From positions 1,636,580-1,700,579 of the forward strand of contig OZ255726.1 of NCBI GenBank assembly GCA_965277405.1: DNA of 64,000 nt. Direction: 5' to 3'. Positions 42,920 through 50,290 of the stretch are shown in pieces (the stretch's first letter is position 1; every line of letters starts with the position of its first letter). The notes under the pieces are model-generated. The model searched no databases and was not told the DNA's origin. It worked only from the letters and a program-made list of their open reading frames with translations. Both the position numbers and the translations under genes were made by a program. This DNA is from Gammaproteobacteria bacterium. GTDB lineage: Bacteria > Pseudomonadota > Gammaproteobacteria > G965277405.

Positions 42920-44018
42920 ATGGAAATGGAACGCAATCAAATCAACAATGAAATAAAAAATCGTTTGGCGCAAGTACACGCGCTGCGGAGGTATCTTTGA
43001 CTACGATGCCAAACTGCAACGCTTGACGGAACTCAAAGATTTATTGAGCAATCAATCCTTGTGGCAGGACCGACAACGCGCACAACAACTCAGCAAAGAG
43101 GAAGCACACATTGATCGAGTCATTACCCCGATCAATCAAGCCTTGCAACAGCTCGACGCGCTCGACGAGTTGTTGGAAATGGCGTGCATGGAAAATGACG
43201 ATGCAGTTATTGCAGATGTTGTTGCGGATTTGCAAGGCGTGGGCAAAACTATTGATGATTTAGAGTTTCAGCGGATGTTCAATAATCCACATGACCCAGC
43301 CAATGCGTATATCGACATCCAAGCAGGATCTGGGGGCACCGAAGCGCAGGATTGGGCAAATATGTTGTTGCGGATGTATTTGCGCTGGGCGGAGTCGCAT
43401 CAGTTTAAAACAGAAATGCTCGATTATTCACACGGCGATGTAGCTGGCATTAAAAACGCAACAATTTTGGTGAGCGGGTCGTACGCGTTTGGTTGGGCAC
43501 GCACAGAAACAGGGGTCCATCGCTTGGTGCGCAAATCACCATTTGATTCAAACAGCAAACGCCATACTTCATTTGCCTCGGTATTTGTCTCACCAGAAAT
43601 TAACGATGATATTGAAATCGATGTCAACCCAGCAGATTTGCGGGTCGATACTTATCGCTCCAGCGGTGCAGGTGGGCAGCATGTCAACACCACAGATTCT
43701 GCGGTGCGGATTACCCATCTGCCAACGGCAACGGTTGTCCAATGCCAAAACCAGCGCTCACAGCATCAAAACCGTGATAAAGCGATGCAGCAGTTGCGCG
43801 CCAAGTTGTATGAAATTGAAATGCTAAAACAACGCGCGGAGCGCGATGAGGTAGAAGCCAATAAATCTGACATTGGTTGGGGCAGCCAAATTCGTTCATA
43901 TGTCCTTGATGATGCGCGGATTAAAGACTTGCGCACGGGGCATGAAACAGGCAATACTCAAGCGGTATTGAATGGTGATATTGACGCTTTTCTTATTGAA
44001 AGTCTGCGGACTTTATAA
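42920..44018 (+). CDS. prfB: peptide chain release factor 2, requires programmed +1 frameshift at 42998
   Basis: Frame 0 reads [26 protein letters not shown] then TGA. The +1 frame continues [13 protein letters not shown]... SPF (RKSPFDS) and GGQ (GAGGQHVN) motifs are present. Confidence 0.93.
42987..43001 (+). promoter_or_regulatory. prfB autoregulatory +1 frameshift site
   Basis: GGAGG TAT CTT TGA C: an SD-like element 3 nt upstream of the CTT-TGA-C slippery/stop context, as in E. coli prfB. Confidence 0.9.
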
Positions 44019-44665
44019 TGGCGCAGCAGCAACGTATCATCCCATCCCATGCTGGATTAGCGCTTGAACTTAGGCATGATGATTTTGGTATGCATCCACG
44101 TGCCATGGTTGTTTGTCATCCGCTGCCTACTGCAGGCGGTTCCATGGATAATAAAGTTGTCACGACAGTCCAGCGAGCCGCCCAATTGTGTGACATGCCG
44201 TGTGTGCGCTTTAATTTTCGAGGTGTTGGCAACAGTACCGGCACCTTTGATAATGGCGTTGGAGAAACCACAGATTTGCAGTCAACTGTAGCTTGGCTTG
44301 CCAACAACAGCAGCGTTGCATCAATCCTGCTGGCGGGATTCTCGTTTGGAGCTGCAGTAGCGCTGCGCGGTGTTGAGATGCTGGCGCTACCTGTCTGGCA
44401 CTTGTTGCTAGTCGCTCCGCCAATAGGAGTCAAAGAATATGTGTTTACTGAGCAATTGACTGTTCCAGCAACAATTATTCAAGGTGATGCTGATGAAATT
44501 GTTGATGCGAATAATGTGTTTAAATGGTCGCAACGTTGCGTGCCAGCGCCACAGGTTGTGCGGATGGTTGGTGCGAGTCATTTTTTTCATAGACGCTTGG
44601 TTGAGTTGCGCCAGCATGTGATAGATGAGGTGCTGCGACCTGCTCAGAAAACTCTGACTAAGTAG
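44018..44665 (+). CDS. alpha/beta-fold hydrolase
   Basis: 215 aa with nucleophile elbow GFSFGA. The ATG overlaps the prfB stop. The last ~7 codons (QKTLTK*) lie in a degenerate RE295 end. Confidence 0.65.
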   Translation: MAQQQRIIPSHAGLALELRHDDFGMHPRAMVVCHPLPTAGGSMDNKVVTTVQRAAQLCDMPCVRFNFRGVGNSTGTFDNGVGETTDLQSTVAWLANNSSVASILLAGFSFGAAVALRGVEMLALPVWHLLLVAPPIGVKEYVFTEQLTVPATIIQGDADEIVDANNVFKWSQRCVPAPQVVRMVGASHFFHRRLVELRQHVIDEVLRPAQKTLTK

Positions 44666-44712
44666 CCGATGAAGTGAGTTTGTTAGCAGATGCTGTTGTT
44701 GATGCCCGCACC
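44645..44712 (-). mobile_element. degenerate RE295 right-end fragment (inverted)
   Basis: AGAAAACTCTGACTAAGTAGCCGATGAAGTGAGTTTGTTAGCAGATGCTG compared with GGAAGCTCTGATTAAGTCGCTGATGGAGCGAGTTTGCCTGCAATTGCTG. Confidence 0.55.
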
Positions 44713-44867
44713 ATCACGAACACTTCTTTATGGTAATTGTGCGCGTGGAGTTTTGCAGCGATAGCGTTTGAAATTTGCAGTATTCATCGATATAATTCCT
44801 AGCAAACAGGTGTTGTTCTTGCTGGTAACATGTATTATTCGCAATATTTTACATTTAAATTGGAGTT

Positions 44868-45458
44868 ATGGGCATTATGTATACTAATAGAATTGCTTCA
44901 CAGGTATTGATTGTCGGTAGTGTTTTGCTGGCGGGCTGTTCATCTTCCCCTACCGTTCCCACGCAGGAAAAATGCGTGTTTCCAGACGCTGCGGGTGGTG
45001 ATGCTCCACTGTGGGTGTGTCATGAGCGTCTTGATGGTGGCCCAAAATTTCAAGCAATGGGAAGTTCACGACTAGGAGGAAACCGTTCACTAGCTGAGTC
45101 AAAAGCAACGGCTGTTGCACAGGTTAAATTGGCGCGGCGGATGAACAGCTCCATAAAAAACATGCTTGAAGGCTATGCCGCTGAAGTGGTATCAACCGAT
45201 GGCGATGTTATCAACACAGATAGCTTTGAAGAAACAACTCGGATTACAGTGAAGCAAAATATTATCGGCAGCCACATTATTCGAAAAGTGGTTAGTTCTA
45301 GCGGAGACGAACTGTATGTACTGATGGTAATGAATCCTGCTGATGTTAAGGAGGTGGTAGGCGAAGTTATCGATGTACTGGAACAGGAAAATAATCTGTT
45401 AAAGGGTAAGATGAACCTAGGCAATGCAATGAAACGCCTCGATGAGAAGGTGCAATAG
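44868..45458 (+). CDS. LPP20-like lipoprotein
   Basis: Canonical lipobox LLAGC (Cys24). LPP20-like pattern ..PLWVC..AMGSS...AESKATAVAQVKLARRM..LYVLMV. Confidence 0.65.
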   Translation: MGIMYTNRIASQVLIVGSVLLAGCSSSPTVPTQEKCVFPDAAGGDAPLWVCHERLDGGPKFQAMGSSRLGGNRSLAESKATAVAQVKLARRMNSSIKNMLEGYAAEVVSTDGDVINTDSFEETTRITVKQNIIGSHIIRKVVSSSGDELYVLMVMNPADVKEVVGEVIDVLEQENNLLKGKMNLGNAMKRLDEKVQ

Positions 45459-45530
45459 GTCGTTAGTGCCTGCATAGTCGTTAGCGTCCGCATAGTTAGC
45501 GCCCACATATATTATATTAGCGTCCACATA
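45459..45530. repeat. four imperfect ~15-18-bp direct repeats GTCGTTAGCGTCCGCATA
   Basis: Units at 45459-45476, 45477-45494, 45495-45509 and 45517-45530. They fill most of the gap between two lipoprotein genes. Confidence 0.75.
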
Positions 45531-45541
45531 TAAATGCCGCC

Positions 45542-45919
45542 ATGCGCCATTGTTTGTTGTTTGCTTTGGTATTGCTTCTTCCATCTTGCACACTATTTCA
45601 ACCGCATCCTCCTGAATGGATGAACAATCCACCAGCAAACAGCGGAGTTGGCATTGCTGGACCGAACATAGGCGGCATTCCCGCACAAATCAGCTTAGCA
45701 ACCCACCGAGCCAGTATTGATTATGCAAAAAGGAAAGGGTATCTGGTTGAATCATCAACTCTGGTTCGCGCTGGTGCTGATGGGAAGATTGAATGGGAAG
45801 AGCTAGAGGAGAATAGCAACGGGACTATGGAGGCAACTAAAGTGCAGGTAGAAGTGCGAGAACGTTGGTACGATGGGCATACCAACTACTATGTTCTGGT
45901 TACGGCAGTGGATGAGTGA
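45542..45919 (+). CDS. small exported protein, probably a lipoprotein, LPP20-like
   Basis: 125 aa. Signal peptide with LLPSC (non-canonical Pro at -2). Pattern ..PEWMNNPP..GVGIAG...ATHRASIDYAKRKG..YYVLV. Confidence 0.5.
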   Translation: MRHCLLFALVLLLPSCTLFQPHPPEWMNNPPANSGVGIAGPNIGGIPAQISLATHRASIDYAKRKGYLVESSTLVRAGADGKIEWEELEENSNGTMEATKVQVEVRERWYDGHTNYYVLVTAVDE

Positions 45920-46050
45920 TGGGGTTTTAGTTGGTATTCTAACCATTCATCCAATATTGATTGTTTGTAGGTTTGATTCAGCATTCTGGCAACGTGTGTT
46001 GCAACGAAAAATGCAAGTGATGAGTGATATTCACCAGTTTAAACGCCCAG

Positions 46051-46086
46051 CTAATAAGGAATCGCTGATTAAGCAGATGATTGGCA
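46051..46086. mobile_element. degenerate RE295 end-like fragment inside the cluster
   Basis: CTAATAAGGAATCGCTGATTAAGCAGATGATTGG compared with CTAAGGAAGCTCTGATTAAGTCGCTGATGGAG. Confidence 0.4.
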
Positions 46087-46246
46087 TATGTCGTGTAAAC
46101 CACTGCCAACGTTGTCAAACTATTGAAATATACTGAATGTTTTCGTACACTTGTCTGTGATTTTTGCTGTCTTTGCTCTAGCATAGTCTCTATAGCGTAA
46201 CAATTGTGCAGATTGATCAATACAACGCCACAGGAGGGGGACGTTC

Positions 46247-49123
46247 ATGCGAAACACCACACTCAGTACAACAGTAACTAGATTTGCCGTGTTCGTCAGT
46301 TGTATCCTGTTAGCCGTAGGCTGCGCTACACAGCAGGCTACACAGCACAAGCCACAGCAGGCTAGTCAACAGCACCAGCTACAGCAGGCAAAAAAACAGC
46401 ACCAGCTACAGCAAGCTCAACAGCACCAGCCCAACGCAGAGTTGCGGAACGCCACCAGAGTGGCGTTCAAGGAGCGAATCCGTGTTATTAAGCTGTTGCG
46501 CACCATTAATGGGCATAGTAACCATGTATACTCAGTCGCCTTCAGTCCAGATGGTAAGACCCTCGCCAGCGGATCTCGCGATGGTATTCTCAAACTCTGG
46601 AATCCGCGCAGCGGTAAGTTGTTGCGCTCCATGAATGGGCATAATAGTGACATGGTAACGTCAGTCGCCTTTAGTCCAGATGGTCAGACCTTCGCCAGCG
46701 GATCTGGGGATAATACTATCAAACTCTGGAATCCGCGCAGCGGCAAGCTGTTGCGCACCATTAATGGGCATAGTGACCATGTAGACTCAGTCGCCTTCAG
46801 TCCAGATGGTAAGACCCTCGCCAGCGGATCTCGCGATGGTATTCTCAAACTCTGGAATCCGCGCAGCGGTAAGTTGTTGCGCTCCATTAATGGGCATAAT
46901 AGTTACATGGTAACGTCAGTCGCCTTTAGTCCAGATGGTAAGACCCTCGCCAGCGGATCTCGCGATGGTATTCTCAAACTCTGGAATACGCGCAGCGGCA
47001 AGTTATTGCGCACCCTGAATGGGCATAGTGACCATCTATACTCAGTCGCCTTCAGTCCAGATGGTAAGACCCTCGCCAGCGGATCTCGCGATGGTATTCT
47101 CAAACTCTGGAATCCGCGCAGCGGTAAGTTGTTGCGCACCATGAATGGGCATAATAGTCACATGGTAACGTCAATCGCCTTTAGTCCAGATGGTAAGACC
47201 CTCGCCAGCGGATCTGGGGATAATACTATCAAACTCTGGAATCCGCGCAGCGGTAAGTTGTTGGGCACCACTAAAGTGCAGAGTAACGATGTATTTTCAG
47301 TCGCCTTCAGTCCAGCTGGAACCCTCGCCAGCGGATCTACTGATAATACTATCAAACTCTGGCAATTACCACCGAGGCTAGATGCCAATGACTTGAATAA
47401 TGACTGGAATAAGTTTGTCGTCAGTTGGAATCGTGGCGACGCAGGGCTAATAGAATTGTACCAGCTACAACGCAAATACCCAGAGGATGCCGTCATAGGC
47501 GATGCATACGTCAAAGCGAGTGTCGCTAGCCCCTACGAAAGTGGCCGAGTTGCTGTTTATTTGCACCGGCGGCAGCTTGACAGCACTAGCTGGCGGACAA
47601 CTACCGCCTTTATCCAACAACTGGCTTCTGACTGGCTCAACCTTAAGGAAATAATCAAACCAGCGAAAATCATAATGCCTACGTTACCGCCAGCTGTAGA
47701 GCTGACACAGGAAAATTGGGAAGGGGATAGTGAATTCGAAACTCGAGTTGCTCAGCTGAACAAGGCGCGTCAAGCGCGGATAAACCAACTTCAAGCAGAC
47801 TACAGACACAAGGTCGAAGTGCGCAACAGCAAAGTTAGCAAGCTTGAACGCCTACAACAGCAACGCCATAATCAACTAGCAAGCTATGTACAAGGCATAC
47901 TTGATTATAGCCTTGAAACGCAGCCGCCAGCACTAGACAAAGTAATAATCAACCAACAAACACTTGATCTTTATGCTGATCTGGTGTTCAAAGGAACCCT
48001 TGTTGGTCGCTATAAACTGGCGCAGGCGCCACTGAAGCTGCGCAAACAGGCTATGACTAACAGCAAAAGTGTGAAAGTTCTACCAAATATTGAGTTAAGC
48101 GACACCAATGATTTTCGTGTAACTTCAATCACTATCTTGCATGATGATCAAAGATGGCTAGCGCAGGCAAGCGAGCAGCAGCTACAACACACGAATACCC
48201 CTTTGGTTGCTACCATCGGCAACGCCGGCGAAACGCGTGAACTGAGTAGTATCTCCCTACTGCAAAAGCAAAACCCCAACCTAGTCGATGTCAACTCAGT
48301 GGGGACGGTTCAGTACAAAGACGGCACCACAGCACTCACCCGCTATCAAGACGATCTCACTCCGCTGGTGCAACAATTAGCCCAAGCACCAATAGACCAA
48401 AGCAAATGGCTGTTCGTCATCGGTGCAGAACGCTATCAGGAGACAGATAACATCCTTTTTGCCAGAAGAAGTGCCGAGAACTTTGCCCTCGCCGCCAAAA
48501 AATCACTTGGCATCGACGCTGGTCACACCATCACCCTCTACGACGAGCAGGCAACCAGTGGACAGATCAAAACCAAGCTCAAAAAGCTGCTGCGTGATGG
48601 CATTAGTTCAGGTGACAGCATTATCATTTACTACAATGGTCACGGCTTGCCGGTCAGAGAACAGGACGATACCCCCTATATGCTGCCGACCGATATGATT
48701 CCCGACTTTGTCAGCGATGAGCCTTTTTTTAAACTTGAAAATATGTATGCTTTACTCGCTAAATCGAAAGCAGGCAACGCAATAGTGATAATGGACAGTT
48801 GCTTTACTGGCGGCGCGGACGGCAGGTCAGTCATCAAAGGTGTGGCAGCAGCGAGGCTATCACCAAAAAAACTTTTGATAGACAAGAGCAAACTCATCGT
48901 TATGACAGCAGGGACAGACAAGCAATACTCCACCGCCTTCAAAGACAAAGGCTACCGACTTTTTAGCTACTACCTGATTAAAAGGCTGGTAGCAAACAAA
49001 CCGCAAACGGTTGAAGATTGGTTTGAATCGGTACAAAGTCAGGTCAAAACAACTTCGCGCCAAATAGGAGGCTCGCTCAGCTATCAGGATCCGCAGTTGC
49101 TGGGGAGCAATCAGCAGCTATAG
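46247..49123 (+). CDS. lipoprotein with Q-rich tether, seven WD40 repeats, long linker and C-terminal caspase-like (peptidase C14) domain
   Basis: Strong SD (GGAGGGGG). Lipobox LLAVGC (Cys26). Seven units of NGH..SVAFSPDGKTLASGS.D..IKLWN. The C14 pattern is WLFVIGAERY...IIIYYNGHG...AIVIMDSCFTGG, with the catalytic His and Cys present. Confidence 0.85.
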   Translation: MRNTTLSTTVTRFAVFVSCILLAVGCATQQATQHKPQQASQQHQLQQAKKQHQLQQAQQHQPNAELRNATRVAFKERIRVIKLLRTINGHSNHVYSVAFSPDGKTLASGSRDGILKLWNPRSGKLLRSMNGHNSDMVTSVAFSPDGQTFASGSGDNTIKLWNPRSGKLLRTINGHSDHVDSVAFSPDGKTLASGSRDGILKLWNPRSGKLLRSINGHNSYMVTSVAFSPDGKTLASGSRDGILKLWNTRSGKLLRTLNGHSDHLYSVAFSPDGKTLASGSRDGILKLWNPRSGKLLRTMNGHNSHMVTSIAFSPDGKTLASGSGDNTIKLWNPRSGKLLGTTKVQSNDVFSVAFSPAGTLASGSTDNTIKLWQLPPRLDANDLNNDWNKFVVSWNRGDAGLIELYQLQRKYPEDAVIGDAYVKASVASPYESGRVAVYLHRRQLDSTSWRTTTAFIQQLASDWLNLKEIIKPAKIIMPTLPPAVELTQENWEGDSEFETRVAQLNKARQARINQLQADYRHKVEVRNSKVSKLERLQQQRHNQLASYVQGILDYSLETQPPALDKVIINQQTLDLYADLVFKGTLVGRYKLAQAPLKLRKQAMTNSKSVKVLPNIELSDTNDFRVTSITILHDDQRWLAQASEQQLQHTNTPLVATIGNAGETRELSSISLLQKQNPNLVDVNSVGTVQYKDGTTALTRYQDDLTPLVQQLAQAPIDQSKWLFVIGAERYQETDNILFARRSAENFALAAKKSLGIDAGHTITLYDEQATSGQIKTKLKKLLRDGISSGDSIIIYYNGHGLPVREQDDTPYMLPTDMIPDFVSDEPFFKLENMYALLAKSKAGNAIVIMDSCFTGGADGRSVIKGVAAARLSPKKLLIDKSKLIVMTAGTDKQYSTAFKDKGYRLFSYYLIKRLVANKPQTVEDWFESVQSQVKTTSRQIGGSLSYQDPQLLGSNQQL
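46508..47375 (+). repeat. tandem 126/129-bp coding repeats (7 WD40 blades), near-identical at the DNA level
   Basis: Units start at 46508, 46634, 46763, 46889, 47018, 47144 and 47273. Alternating 126- and 129-bp units give a super-repeat of about 255 bp. Confidence 0.9.
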
Positions 49124-49140
49124 CACAAGCCAGACAAAGC

Positions 49141-50193
49141 ATGCAATCTCCTTGGCAGTTTGTCTGTATGGCAATACTCCTAAGTTGTTGCGCCACAAAC
49201 ACACCAACCCTAGAATATCCGCAGTGGTACAAAAGATTACCGCAGCAGCAAGGGATAGTGATTGGCTATGGCTATGGTTTGACAAAACAAGAAGCTCGGT
49301 ACAAGTCTTTTGATCATCTTCGTAACCAGCTGGGCGTCAGCGTACATTCCACTCAGGTTTTTTCTGAGTTTGAACGAATTACTAACATTGGCATTGATGA
49401 GTTCAGCGATACAAGGGCAGCAGAAGTAATTATTAATGCGGATATACACGGAGCCGTCCTGCGTAAGGCTGAGCAACGAGGCAGTTATTATTTCATCGCT
49501 TACAGCACTGATATCAGGTCGGTTCGGTCGCGTATTCTCGAAACCCCCAGTCTTTGTCAAGGAGCAAAGGCTGTCGGAATACACAGGCAGCAAAGCCTAA
49601 CAGGTTTCAAGCCATTCGCACCAATCACCCGAGATTTACAAGCAGATGGTTGCCCAGACAACTGGACTCTACAACGGCTGAATAATTCATGGTCTATTGA
49701 ATTGGCGGGACACAGTTTCCAGCTACCGAATGAGCAACTATGGCGTCTTACCCTTGCTATAGACAAGACAGATGAACTTACACTGCTTGACGATAAACAT
49801 CATGAACAGGAGAGTTTTCGTGCTGGTGAGCGTTATTTCGTTTCCTATAACAAACCAGTTAATAGCAACATGTACCTTTTTCTCGTTAACGAACTTGGTC
49901 AGGTTAATCTACTTGATCAATCCGAGGCCAAACAGCTACGCCGTGAGCGCTGGTTGTACCCCAATCCCGATAAATACGCTGGTGGTTTGATCGCAGCACC
50001 GAACTCAAGTGGATCAATACATAATGACTTAATAGTGGCAGCCGCTTGTCCTGAGACTATCCACTATCATTTTTCCTCCCTGACAAGTGCAAAACCTGAC
50101 CTTGCCGATGAAAGACTGTATGTTCTGGACCGATTGATCAAGGAAGTTGAGCATTGTTTGGTACATATGAGAAGCCTCAGGATAGTATTATAA
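49141..50193 (+). CDS. lipoprotein with LPP20-like N-terminal part and DUF4384-like C-terminal part
   Basis: Lipobox LLSCC. YGYGLTKQEARYKSFDHLRNQLGV is LPP20-like. FRAGERYFVSYNKPVNSNMYLFLVNELGQVNLL...IVAAAC fits the recalled DUF4384 pattern. Confidence 0.55.
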   Translation: MQSPWQFVCMAILLSCCATNTPTLEYPQWYKRLPQQQGIVIGYGYGLTKQEARYKSFDHLRNQLGVSVHSTQVFSEFERITNIGIDEFSDTRAAEVIINADIHGAVLRKAEQRGSYYFIAYSTDIRSVRSRILETPSLCQGAKAVGIHRQQSLTGFKPFAPITRDLQADGCPDNWTLQRLNNSWSIELAGHSFQLPNEQLWRLTLAIDKTDELTLLDDKHHEQESFRAGERYFVSYNKPVNSNMYLFLVNELGQVNLLDQSEAKQLRRERWLYPNPDKYAGGLIAAPNSSGSIHNDLIVAAACPETIHYHFSSLTSAKPDLADERLYVLDRLIKEVEHCLVHMRSLRIVL

Positions 50194-50290
50194 TGTTCAG
50201 GTGAAGCACTGAGTGTTGCGGTCGGATGTTATATGCAGATATGCTATGCTGGTCAACCCTGACCATTAGCCACATAACCATGAGAAAAAT

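Noticed and set aside
45873-46220. ORFs 45873..46136(+) and 45978..46220(-) in the gap before the WD40-caspase gene
   Set aside because: They are mutually exclusive and neither has an RBS or a recognisable family. The region contains an RE295 end-like scar. A small regulator here cannot be excluded, but I cannot support one.
46508-47375. Regular tandem repeats considered as a possible CRISPR array
   Set aside because: The period is 126/129 bp with no repeat-spacer alternation. The tract is in-frame coding sequence (WD40 blades). No cas genes are present. RE295 copies are dispersed rather than arrayed.
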